DNA of 64,000 bases from an uncultured delta proteobacterium (lineage in GTDB: Bacteria; Bdellovibrionota; FAC87; UBA2466): positions 1,888,001 to 1,952,000 of the forward strand of contig CAVZSV010000004.1 in assembly GCA_963778115.1 (NCBI GenBank). Direction: 5' to 3'. The notes under the pieces were generated by a model that saw only the letters and a program-made list of their open reading frames with translations, did not search any database and was not told where the DNA came from. Every line of letters starts with the position of its first letter. Within the stretch, counting starts at the first letter, position 1. Below, piece by piece: positions 10,108 through 20,800 of the stretch. A program made the translations under genes and the position numbers.

Positions 10108-11820
10108 ATGGCGTACTTAGCAATCGCCCGTCAGTGGCGGCCCACTCAGTTTGATGATCTCGTTGGCCAATCCCACGTCGTCCAAACGCTAAAAAACGCG
10201 ATTCGTCTCAATCGGGTCTCTCACAGCTACCTCTTTAGTGGAGCTCGTGGCATCGGAAAAACTACGGTAGCTCGAATTTTCGCCAAAGCGTTGCGATGTC
10301 CGAACGTCAAAGAAGCGACCCCCTGCAATCAATGCCCCGAATGTATCGCTATCACCGAGGGGCGATCGGTGGATGTCGTCGAAATCGATGGGGCGTCTAA
10401 CAATGGCGTCGAAGCAGTTCGGGGAATCCGTGAGAACGTCGCTTACGGTGCTTCGAGTGGAAAATATAAGATCTATATTATCGATGAAGTTCATATGTTG
10501 AGCTTGAGCGCTTTCAATGCGCTGTTGAAAACGCTCGAAGAGCCGCCCGATCACGTCGTCTTTATTTTTGCCACTACGGAAGTCCAAAAGATTCCGCTAA
10601 CTATCGTCTCCCGCTGCCAACGTTTTGAATTTCGCAGGCTCACCAATCAACAGATCGTAGGACGCCTTCAACAGATATTAGCGGCAGAAAAGATCCAGAT
10701 TTCCGATGAAGGCTTAAGCACTTTGGCTAGCCATAGCGATGGAAGCTTGCGCGATGCTCTCTCGCTACTCGATCAGGTGCTCTCCTACTATGGCCAAAAT
10801 GGAAGTTCCGATTCTTTACTGAACGAAAAGCAGGTTGTTGAAGCCCTGGGAGTTAATGACTCAAGCAGCGTACGGACTCTTTTATCGGCGGTGCTTCGGG
10901 CCGATATTCCCGCCATCATCACCCTTATCGGTGAAACCCATCTCTCAGGGGTTGATCTCAAACACTTTTCCGAACGCATCCTCGAAGAGCTGCGATTGCT
11001 CTATCTTTTGGCTTTAGGGAAAGAGAGTAAGCAAACTCTCACCGCCGAAACGCTGGACATTTCGGCGGGACAGTTCCAACAACTGGCGGAATTAGCCAAA
11101 ACCACCTCACTCGTTCAGATCGAACGCATGTCACAAATCTTGGCCAAAGCAATTTCGCAGATAGGATGGAGTTCACTTCCCCGCTATGTTTTAGAAATGG
11201 CGACAGTCAGGATGGCCAAGCTTAGCGATCTCGACAAAGTAGAAAGCGCTCTCGTTCAAGGAGTCGAGATAAAAGTTGCAGAGAAAAAGGAAATACCCCC
11301 GCCCGTAACCGCGACACCTTCACGTAAAGAATCGCCGCGGCCGGAGCCTCCGCCCCCCGACGCCGAGGAAGAAGCGATGATGGCCTCTCCCCCTCCTCCC
11401 GAACTGGAACCTTCTGGCCCCACCCGATCGGCTCCCTCTTGGAAGGGTTTTGTCGAAATGGTGCTTAAACGCAGGCCTTTATTGGGTGCTCTTTTGTCTC
11501 ACGCCAATTTCAAGCTCGATCTCGCAGAGGGAGGAGCTCAGTGGAATATTCGGCTAGCATTTCCTCCAGGAAGTTTTTACGAACGCCAAGGGGCCGATAC
11601 CAAGAACCGTTCTGAGATTGAAGAGTTTATCCGCACTTACTTCGGAACTGCCGCTAAGCTCGTGCTTTCCCAGGACCTCTCGGAAGGATCGCTCAGCCTT
11701 GCCGAAACCCGTCGGGTAGAGGAAGAGGACGCCAAACAGAAAGCAGTTTCCCATCCTACGGTCCTGCACATGAAGCAAGCCTTAGATGCAGATATCGTAG
11801 ATGTGAACGTCGAATCCTAA
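10108..11820 (+). CDS. dnaX: DNA polymerase III subunit gamma/tau
   Basis: MAYLAIARQWRP, GARGIGKT, C4 zinc module, IIDEVHML, SRCQRF; real start at ATG 10108 because the ORF-track extension overlaps the SRP RNA. Confidence 0.95.
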   Translation: MAYLAIARQWRPTQFDDLVGQSHVVQTLKNAIRLNRVSHSYLFSGARGIGKTTVARIFAKALRCPNVKEATPCNQCPECIAITEGRSVDVVEIDGASNNGVEAVRGIRENVAYGASSGKYKIYIIDEVHMLSLSAFNALLKTLEEPPDHVVFIFATTEVQKIPLTIVSRCQRFEFRRLTNQQIVGRLQQILAAEKIQISDEGLSTLASHSDGSLRDALSLLDQVLSYYGQNGSSDSLLNEKQVVEALGVNDSSSVRTLLSAVLRADIPAIITLIGETHLSGVDLKHFSERILEELRLLYLLALGKESKQTLTAETLDISAGQFQQLAELAKTTSLVQIERMSQILAKAISQIGWSSLPRYVLEMATVRMAKLSDLDKVESALVQGVEIKVAEKKEIPPPVTATPSRKESPRPEPPPPDAEEEAMMASPPPPELEPSGPTRSAPSWKGFVEMVLKRRPLLGALLSHANFKLDLAEGGAQWNIRLAFPPGSFYERQGADTKNRSEIEEFIRTYFGTAAKLVLSQDLSEGSLSLAETRRVEEEDAKQKAVSHPTVLHMKQALDADIVDVNVES

Positions 11821-11920
11821 CCCCCTGCCTTTCCGTACGGCCCCCGGCGTACCGAAAGGAAGTGGGTATCTTTTGAGTGGTCGCCTCGCCTTAAGAAGGA
11901 AATTGAGTTAGATTGGCCGC

Positions 11921-12259
11921 ATGAATCCCTTTAAAGGTGGCGGCCTTGCGGACATGCTGAGTCAAGCTTCTAAGATGCGCGAGGAGTTGCAACGTCTTCA
12001 AGAAGAGGCGGGTAAGAAAACGGTAGAAGCCACTGCCGGCGGAGGCATGGTAAAAGTGGTCGCGAATGGTAAGCAACAGATCGTCTCTTTAGTCATTGAG
12101 CCTGAGGTATTCCAAATGAATGACCCTCAGTTGTTGCAAGACCTGGTCAAATCAGGGGTCAACGAAGCCATCAAAGCCTCTCAAGAGATGGTTTCCGAAG
12201 AGATGAGCAAACTAGCGGGTGGCTTGGGGGCTCTCACTTCTTTATTTAAAGGAAATTAA
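11921..12259 (+). CDS. ybaB: YbaB/EbfC nucleoid-associated protein
   Basis: AGGGMVKVVANG, LQDLV..GVNEA; located between dnaX and recR. Confidence 0.93.
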   Translation: MNPFKGGGLADMLSQASKMREELQRLQEEAGKKTVEATAGGGMVKVVANGKQQIVSLVIEPEVFQMNDPQLLQDLVKSGVNEAIKASQEMVSEEMSKLAGGLGALTSLFKGN

Positions 12260-12262
12260 GGG

Positions 12263-12889
12263 ATGACACAAAATTCTCAAAATCCTAAAGAGCTTCGCCC
12301 CGAAACGGCTCTGGACAGGCTGATTTTTGATTTGAAGCAGTTGCCCGGCATCGGAGAAAAAACGGCAACTCGGTTGGCGCATTTCATTTTGAGACAGCCC
12401 GATTTTTTCGCTCAAAATCTAGCCGAAAGCTTACTTGCCGCACGGCAAAAACTTCATACCTGCTCTCAATGCTGTACCTTTAGCGAACAGCCGACGTGTC
12501 AGATTTGCGCTAACCCTGAGCGTTCCAGCGATGTCATTTGTGTCGTGGAAGAGCCTTCCGATATGGCAGCTTTCGAGAAAGCGCGATCCTTTGGAGGCAA
12601 GTACCATGTGCTCCATGGCGCACTGTCCCCTTTAGATGGTATCGACGAGCGGCGGCTCAAAATAAGAGAGCTGCAAGAGCGGATTCAACGCGGTGGGATT
12701 CAAGAGGTTATCTTGGCAACCAACCCCACGGTCGAAGGTGACACAACGGCGTTGTATATTGCCCGCCTCATCAAATACAATGGGCTCAAGGTCAGCCGCA
12801 TTGCTCACGGAATTCCTGTTGGTTCAGAGATCGAATATCTGGACGGCGCCACCTTGGGTAAAGCGTTGCAAAACCGAGTGACTTTATAG
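12263..12889 (+). CDS. recR: Recombination mediator RecR
   Basis: LPGIGEKTA.RLA HhH, C4 zinc finger, YHVLHG.LSPLDG, ILATNPTVEG TOPRIM. Confidence 0.96.
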   Translation: MTQNSQNPKELRPETALDRLIFDLKQLPGIGEKTATRLAHFILRQPDFFAQNLAESLLAARQKLHTCSQCCTFSEQPTCQICANPERSSDVICVVEEPSDMAAFEKARSFGGKYHVLHGALSPLDGIDERRLKIRELQERIQRGGIQEVILATNPTVEGDTTALYIARLIKYNGLKVSRIAHGIPVGSEIEYLDGATLGKALQNRVTL

Positions 12890-12915
12890 CCCAACATTGC
12901 AGGTAACAAGACCCG

Positions 12916-13497
12916 ATGTCCTTCATCAATTACGCCGCGAAAGAGATCAACTGCAAGATCGTTTACTATGGCCCGGGACTCGGCGGGAAAACGACCAATC
13001 TGCAATATATTTACGGTCAGATCAATCCTCAGGATCGCGGAAAAATGGTGTCTCTCACCGGCGAAACGGAACGAACCCTGTTCTTTGATTTTTTACCACT
13101 CAATATCGGAGAGATCCGAGGCTTTAATACTCGCTTCCATCTCTATACCGTTCCTGGTCAGCACTTCTACGATGCCAGCCGGCGGTTGGTTCTCAAAGGA
13201 GTCGATGGCGTTGTTTTTGTAGCGGACTCTCAAGTGGAACGGATGGAAGACAATCTAGATAGCCTAAAGAGTTTAGATCTCAATCTGCGCGATCAAGGCT
13301 ATGACATGCGTACGATGCCGGTGGTTTTTCAATACAACAAGCGCGATGTCGCAAACCCCATTCCCCTTAAAGTTTTGCACGACCAACTCAACACGTTTAA
13401 CGCAGAAGAGTTTGAAGCGGTGGCCGTCAAAGGAGTCGGAGTTTTTGATACTTTGAAGGCCATCTCCAAAGGCATTTTGCGCGCGCTACGATCGTAA
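12916..13497 (+). CDS. mglA: Ras-like GTPase MglA
   Basis: MSFINY..KEINCKIVYYGPGLGGKTTNL, RTLFFDFLPL, LYTVPGQ, NKRD. Confidence 0.95.
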   Translation: MSFINYAAKEINCKIVYYGPGLGGKTTNLQYIYGQINPQDRGKMVSLTGETERTLFFDFLPLNIGEIRGFNTRFHLYTVPGQHFYDASRRLVLKGVDGVVFVADSQVERMEDNLDSLKSLDLNLRDQGYDMRTMPVVFQYNKRDVANPIPLKVLHDQLNTFNAEEFEAVAVKGVGVFDTLKAISKGILRALRS

Positions 13498-13512
13498 GGA
13501 GTTCCAAGTTCA

Positions 13513-14052
13513 ATGAAAAACAGAAATACTTTTGGTTATCTATTTGCCGTTGGGACTTTTTTAACTCTTTTTGCTACTCAGGCTCGAGCCGATCATATGC
13601 AAGCTGATGTAAAGCTCGCCATCAAGCGGATCGAAAAACGAGATCCCACGATCAAGAAATTTTTCGAAAGCTCTCTAGCTTACGTCGTTTTGCCTAATGT
13701 GGGGAAAGGGGGATTTATCGTCGGGGGAGCCCACGGCGACGGATTGGTTTACGAACACGGCAAGATTGTTGGAGACGCTTCGATGACCCAAGCAACGATA
13801 GGCTTACAGGCCGGCGGTGAAGAGTTTTCCGAATTTCTTTTTTTCGAAGACGCCAACGCGCTAAGCGACTTTAAATCGAGCAAATTCAATATGGCCGCTA
13901 ACGTGAGTGCTGTAATCGCCAAAGATGGAGCCGCCGGGGAAGCAAAGTACTCCGAAGGAGTGGCTGTGTTCTTACTACCCAAAGGGGGCCTTATGTTAGA
14001 AGCTTCCGTGGGCGGACAAAAATTTAGCTATACGCCCGCAGGAAAAAAATAA
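13513..14052 (+). CDS. SYLF/Ysc84 lipid-binding domain protein, secreted
   Basis: Signal peptide; PNVGKGGFIVGG..G.G, IGLQAGG, GLMLEASVGGQKF. Confidence 0.82.
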   Translation: MKNRNTFGYLFAVGTFLTLFATQARADHMQADVKLAIKRIEKRDPTIKKFFESSLAYVVLPNVGKGGFIVGGAHGDGLVYEHGKIVGDASMTQATIGLQAGGEEFSEFLFFEDANALSDFKSSKFNMAANVSAVIAKDGAAGEAKYSEGVAVFLLPKGGLMLEASVGGQKFSYTPAGKK

Positions 14053-14054
14053 CG

Positions 14055-14894
14055 ATGGCTCCACGCGTACCCTTTCTGCCTGTTGTGATTGTCCTGTTTT
14101 GGAGCAATTTAGTTCTTGCCGATACTCCATCCGTCGGATTTTTAGCTTTCGGTGATTTCGGTACGGGAGACAAAGCGCAATTCCAAGTAGCTAGGACTAT
14201 GAAAACCTATTGCGCCCATGCGCTGTGCCAGTTTGTTTTGGGTTTAGGCGACAACTTTTATCCCAGCGGAGTGACAAGCACTACCGATCCCAAATGGGAG
14301 ACTCACTTTCAAAAGCCTTACGGGCCTTTAGGTTTGAATTTCTATCCTGTCCTCGGAAATCACGATTACCAGGGCAACTCTTCGGCTGAAATTGAATACG
14401 CGAAAGTGGGAAAACACTGGCAAATGCCTGCCAATTATTTCGATTTTACCAAAGGAAAAATTCAGTTCTTTGCGATCGATACCAACCACCTCGACGATCA
14501 CCAGTTACTATGGCTAAGCCACGAGCTAAAAGGTTCCCAAGCGAAATGGAAAATTGTGTATGGCCATCATCCCATCCACTCCTACGGATACCACGGAAAC
14601 ACTCCAGAACTTGTGGAAAAACTCTTACCGATCCTAACCCAAGGGAACGTGGATTTTTATCTCTCGGGTCATGACCACGACATGCAGGTGCTAAAAGGCC
14701 CGAGCGATCTAGTGATGGTGGTAAGCGGGGCCGCGGCCCAGTCTCGCCCTTCTCACAAAGGACCAGAAACTCTTTTCAATACAGGCGGGTTAGGCTTCGC
14801 CCACTTTGTGATCGAAGACAAACAGGTATCGTTGCGTTTTATCGATAAAGCGGGGCACGAACTCTTTCATCGATTGTTTTCGAAAGCATCGTAA
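14055..14894 (+). CDS. Purple/tartrate-resistant acid phosphatase-like metallophosphoesterase, secreted
   Basis: GDFG, GDNFY, GNHD, HHP, GHDH metal-ligand motifs; signal peptide. Confidence 0.88.
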   Translation: MAPRVPFLPVVIVLFWSNLVLADTPSVGFLAFGDFGTGDKAQFQVARTMKTYCAHALCQFVLGLGDNFYPSGVTSTTDPKWETHFQKPYGPLGLNFYPVLGNHDYQGNSSAEIEYAKVGKHWQMPANYFDFTKGKIQFFAIDTNHLDDHQLLWLSHELKGSQAKWKIVYGHHPIHSYGYHGNTPELVEKLLPILTQGNVDFYLSGHDHDMQVLKGPSDLVMVVSGAAAQSRPSHKGPETLFNTGGLGFAHFVIEDKQVSLRFIDKAGHELFHRLFSKAS

Positions 14895-14896
14895 CG

Positions 14897-17800
14897 CTAA
14901 TTCGTGGTTACCGTTAATGTCTGTCCCGAGGAGGCTTGCGACTTATCGCTGTTTTCCGCGCAGAGGCGGAAGGAATACTGGGTCCCTGTCGAAAGTCCCG
15001 TTGCAGTAAAGGTTGCCGGATTAATTCCCAAAGTCGCCGCCGAAAACACGGTTCCCGAATTACAATCGGCAGGTGCTGTGGCCCCTATCTGATAAGAGAG
15101 TTGGAAACCTGCCGTGGTTCCGCCGCCGGAGACCCAGGTAAATACAATCGAAGTCGTCGTGACAGTACCCTTGGCAAAGCTAGTCGGGTTTGGAGGTGTG
15201 GCCGCCGGTGTTTGCTGGTTGATGCAATACAAGGCGTACGAATTGTTACAAGCCGCAGCCCCGCCGTTTTCGAAAGTATTGGTCGCTAAAGAGTTATCGG
15301 TAGCGTACTCGCCGTTCACCGCTGCGGAATTTGAAGTCCAACTGGTACAGTTATTGGCGCTTAGAATTCCGCCGTTACCCATTCCGGCCCAGGCCCTGGT
15401 ATTGCCCGGAGTACCGCCGCTCGCCGTGTAGTTCACTCCATATAAGAGCGGACCGGTCCAGAAAGTGGAGCTATTGGAAACCTGCTGACTTCCGCCAGAT
15501 GCGGGTAGCCGCATATTATAGATGTTGTTCGAAAGTGAAATTCGAGACGTCGCCGCTGTGACGTTATCTCCGATTATTGCTTTCCAAGTGCCAGTAAGCC
15601 CCGCATTCTTGGCTTCGTTCTGACAGATATAATCTCCCCAATAAGTCGTACCGAAATTGGCGGCGTAATTTGCCGCCGTGGTGAAGATAAATTGGTCGGT
15701 TCCTGGCGCAAAGGTAACGCCACTACTTGTCGTAGTGACAATAAGACTCTGCCCCGGTGACATTCCGCTTTGATCGCTGTTAAGAGCGCATAGCAGGAAA
15801 GCATACGTAGTGCCCGCCGTTAAGCCACTAACCGTATAGGACGTCGCGTTCACTTGCATCGAAGAAGGTCCAATGATGGTTCCTGTGTTGCAGCTCGCCG
15901 GTGGTGTTGTACCTGGTAGATAGGCTAATTGGTAAGCTGCTGTTGTGCCCCCGCCAGTTATCCAGCTAAATCCTAAATAAGTAGTGCCCTGTATATAGTT
16001 AGTGAAACTAGAAACGTCAGGCGGTGTCGCCGCGGAGACTTGTTGATTGATACAGTAAAGACTGCGGGTAGAGTTACACGACGTCGTGGTATTTGCCACA
16101 TAGTTTGCATTTGTTGTAGACAGACCTACTGCACCAATCGGTGTTGTCGCCGCCGTCGTCCAGTTGCTACAGGTATTCGCGGTTGTAGCTCCGGTCTGTG
16201 CGGCACCCGCCCAGGTATACGTATTGCCCGGAGATCCCCCGCTACTGGAGTAGTTTAGCGTGGCGCTTAGCGTATCACCCGTAAAGAAGCTGGAAGAGTT
16301 TGAGACAAATTGACTGCCACCCGAGGTAGCGGGTCTTAGATTATAAATATTTCCAGGTATCGACACATGCGAGGAAGCGGCCGTCGAACTATCTCCGATG
16401 ATAGCTCTCCACGTTCCGGGAAGTCCCGCGGTATTTGCTTCGGTCTGACATAAGTAGTCGCCGAAATAAATTCCTCCAAAATTGGGATAGTATGCGGTAG
16501 CCGAGGTAAAGATAATCTGATTGGAGCCAAAGCCGTAATTGGTTCCCGCCGCTGTCGTCGTTGCCGTTACTGATATTCCCGCAGACGACGCCGTAAGGTC
16601 ACTATTGAACGCGCAGAGCAGGAAGGAATATTGTGTGCTCGCGGAGAGTCCGGAGACCGTAAAAGCAGTCGGATTATATCCTAAAGTAGAAGGTGAAATG
16701 ACAGTGCCGCCAGAACAGCTAGAAGGCGGTGTGGCTCCCGTTTGATAAGCTATCTGATAAGCCGCGGTAGTTCCTCCGCCCGGCGTCCAAATGAGGCCCA
16801 CGGAAGAGGAAGTCACATCCGCCGCCGTAAGATTCGTGGCATCGGGAGGTGTTGCCGAAGAGGTCTGCTGATTGATGCAATAGAGCGAATAGAAGTTACT
16901 ACAAGCAGCGTTGGTCCATGCCGTCCCACTGTTAGGAGTCGTGGTTGCGCCAATCTGTCCGTTCGTTAGGTTGCTTGCCGTTGTCCAACTGGAGCATGTC
17001 TTACCGACGTTACTCAATCCGGTTCCCAGAGCCCCCGTCCATGTACGAACGTTTCCGGGAGGTCCACCTGACGCGGAATAGTTGGCCTGATAAATCCACG
17101 GACCGGACCAGAATCCGGTACCATTAGAAATCTGTTGAATCCCCCCCGCACTTGCGCCGCGAGTGTTGAAGATCGTATTTCCGGTCAAAGAAACATGGGA
17201 AGAGGGATTGATGCTGTCATCTCCTAACACCGCAAACCAGGTTCCCGAGAGACCCGCGTTATTGGCCTCTTGCTGACAAATGTAATCTCCGTAATAGATA
17301 CTTCCAAAGTAGCCTTCCCACGTGGTCGCCGTGGCGAAGACCAATTGCAATCCGCCCAGAGTTTCCGTAACCGAACTACCGGAAGATTCCGTCGTAATTC
17401 CAGTCAAAGCAACACCAGTCGATGTCGCCGTCTGGTCACTATTGACCGCGCAAAGCAGGAATGAATATTGCGTGCTGGAAGCAAGTCCTGTCACCGTATA
17501 GGAGCTGGGATTAATTCCGATAGTAAGTGCCGGAATGACGGTCCCCGAATTACAAGTGGCGGGTGCCGTCGCTCCCGTTACATAGGCAATTTGGTAGCCC
17601 GCCGTGGTTCCGCCGCCCGAGGAGAACGAGAAGCCGACGCTTGTAGGCCCTAACAGATATTGGCTAAATGTTGCCGGATCGGGCGGTGCTGCCGCTGAAA
17701 TCTGTTGGTTCGTGCAATAAAGAGTGTAGCTGTTACTGCAAGCCGAACCGCCGTTGTTTAGCGTTGCTCCGGTATTATTACTTCTTCCATACTCTCCTTG

Positions 17801-20800
17801 GACGGAAGCGGAAACGGTGGTCCAACCGTTGCATGTATTAGCCGAAGCGGTCCCCGTGGAATTCGATCCGGTCCATACGACACTCGTCGAGGGAGTCAAA
17901 CCCAGAGCGGTATAACCGACCTGGTTATACATCGTATTGTTGTAAAAATTATTGTAATCGGAAACTTTCTGCGGTCCGCCCGCATTCATCGGACGGAAGT
18001 TATATAAATTTCCTGTCAAAGAGATATGGGTCGATGTCGGCGTAGAACCATCGGAGCCGACCATGAACCAGGTACCGGAGAGTCCTGCATTGGCAGCTTC
18101 CGTTTGACAGACGAAATCGCCGAAATACAAGCTTCCTAAATCGCCGTTGTAGAGTCCCGATGTCGCAAAAATAAATTGGTCCGTTCCAAACGGATAAGCA
18201 TTGCCGCTCGAAGTAGTAGCCCCACTGACTGCGACTCCCGGGGAGAAAGAGGTGGTATCGCTATTGGCGGCACAGACCAAGAAATAATAGGTCGTTCCGG
18301 AGAGTAGTCCCGTCAGCGTATAAGAACCGGCGTTGTTCACCATGGAAGTGGGAGGAACTACCGTCCCCGAAGTACAAGATGCGGGTGTGCCCGTGCTAGA
18401 GTAAGCGATTTGATATCCTGCCGTAGATCCTCCACCCGAACTCCAAGCAAGAGAGATCGAAGTGGTTCCGGTCTCTACAATCGTCGCTCCGACTACATCT
18501 GGAGGAGCTGCTGAAGACAATTGTTGGTTAATACAAGCTAACGTGTATGAGTTATTACAATTGGAGTTTCCGTTATCCACTCGAGCGGTTGTATTATTAG
18601 AGCGGCCGAACTCTCCAGCGCCGCCGACTCCGCCCGCGGCGTCGCTAGTCCAGTTAGTGCAGGTATTCGCAGAAGACGCCCCCGCAAAGTTCGAACCACC
18701 CCATACCACGTTTGTGGTGGGAGTCAGACCTGCCGCTGTGTAATACTCCGTATTGTAATCGTTACCCGCCCAGAAATTAACGTTGTCAGTGATCTTAAGC
18801 GCCCCTCCCGCGGAGAGAGGTCTTAAGTTATAGACGGGGCCCGTTAGAATAATTCGAAGGTTGGCGGCATTCGAGCTGTCAGAAAGGACGGCTTTCCAGG
18901 TTCCCGAAAGTCCAGCCGTAACCGCTTCTCTTTGACAAATTCCATCACCCCAATAATTACTGCCGAACGCTCCGGTGTAAAGGCCCGACGTCACGAACAT
19001 AAATTGATTTTGCGAACCGCCCAAAGGATTATTCTGGCCACTAGCCGTCGTAGACGCCATGAGAGTAAGTCCTGTCGATAGTGAGGAAACATCACTATTG
19101 GCAGCGCACAATCTGAAATAGTAAGTCGTGTTCGAGGCCAGACCCGTAACCACATAAGTCGTCGGGAATTGCCCCAGTGTTGAAGGAGACACGATGGTTC
19201 CCGTATTGCAATTAGCAGGATAGCTACCCGTTTGATAGGCCAACTGATACGTGGCGGTAGTGCCCCCGCCCGAAGTCCAGAGTAGTCCGATATTGGAAGT
19301 ATCGGTCGCATAGGTATAGAAAGCACCTGGATCAGGAGGGGCTGCCGAAGCCGTCTGCTGATTGATACAGTAAAGCGTGTAGTTGCTGTTACAGGTATTA
19401 TTTCCGTTATCGATGATAGTGCCGTTTGATCTTCCCGATTCTCCCGCCGGCGTCCCTGTATTAGAAACGCTGGTCCAAGAACTGCAAGTATTTGCCGCAA
19501 TTCCTCCCGTGCTGGTCGATCCCGTCCACACTCCGGTGGTCGTCGGAGTCAACCCAAGGCTCGTATAGTAAGGATTATTAAAGAAGATGTTGCTCCAGAA
19601 GTTGGTGCTGTCTGAGACTTTTTGTGCTCCGCCTGACAAAAGGGGCCTAAAATTATAAATATTGCCGCTTAACGTCACGTGGGACGTAGCCGCCGTCGAG
19701 GCGTCGGACAAGATGGCCTTCCATACCCCACTCAGACCAGCCGTCGCGGCTTCCGACTGGCAAATTCTATCTCCGAAATAGATGCCTCCGAACTGACCGG
19801 TCGCAAGGGTGGAGCTAGCGAACATGAACTGGCTAGTTCCCAGACTTGAAGTACTGCCGCTCGAAGTCGTGGTAACGGTGACCGTTAACCCCGTGGACGA
19901 TTTTGAAAGATCGCTGCTCATCGCACACAGTCGGAACGAATAGGTGGTGCCCGAAGTCAGCCCTGTTACCGTATAAGACGTAGGATTGATTCCTAGGGTA
20001 GCGGCCGGAATGATAGTACCCGCCGAACAAGAGCCCGGCGCGGTTGACCCGGTTTGGTACGCCATCTGATAAGCCGCGGTAGAACCGCCTCCTGAAGCCC
20101 ACACAAATCCAATGGCTGTCGTATTGGTATCGTAAGCGGAGAAGGAGGCGACTTCCGAGGGCGTTGCCGAAGCGGTCTGTTGGTTGATGCAATACAGGCC
20201 TCGAGCCGTATTACAAGTGGTCACGCCTGTCGCAAGTGCTGCAGTACTGGTACTCGTTCCATATTCGCCTGACGTTGCCGCTAATTGAGTCGTCCAATTG
20301 GAGCAGTTGCTAGCTGTCACGGCTCCAGCCGCGGTCGATCCTGTCCATTCGATAGTGTTCGTAGCCGCGAGTCCTGTCGCCGTGTATGTCACTGGGGAAT
20401 AGTACAGTCCATTCCAGAAATTAACGCCGTCAGTGACTTTCTGGGTTCCTCCTGAACTTAAGGCTCTCAAGTTGTAAATCGTACTACTGAGTGACACGCG
20501 AGAGGATGCGGCGGTCGATGCGTCCGACAAGACTGCTTTCCAAATTCCCGAAAGTCCCGCCGAAGTCGCTTCTGTCTGGCAAATATAGTCTCCGAAGTAG
20601 ATTCCTCCAAAGTTTCCCGTGTAGCTATTAGTCGTAGCAAAGATAAATTGTGTCGAGCCAAAATTATTCGACACCGGATTTCCCGACGCTTGTGTGGTGA
20701 CTAATAAAGTTCGACCAGTGGATAAGTTCGTCACGTCGCTATTGCTGGCACACAACCGGAAAGCATATTGCGTTCCCGCAGCCAATCCTGAAACTGTGTA

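Noticed and set aside
9899..10123. 74-aa minus ORF and the N-terminal extension of dnaX from 9964
   Set aside because: Both overlap the SRP RNA; the VSYRCFLPDLTGF peptide is simply the antisense translation of ffs.
11283..11330. dnaX -1 frameshift site producing a gamma subunit (G AAA AAG with a nearby -1 stop)
   Set aside because: The heptamer is not A AAA AAG, the SD-like AGGAG is ~20 nt away and no clear downstream stem is visible; this cannot be supported.
11828..11859. Hairpin between dnaX and ybaB as a terminator or ncRNA
   Set aside because: The stem is real but short and lacks a U-tail; there is no basis for a functional call.
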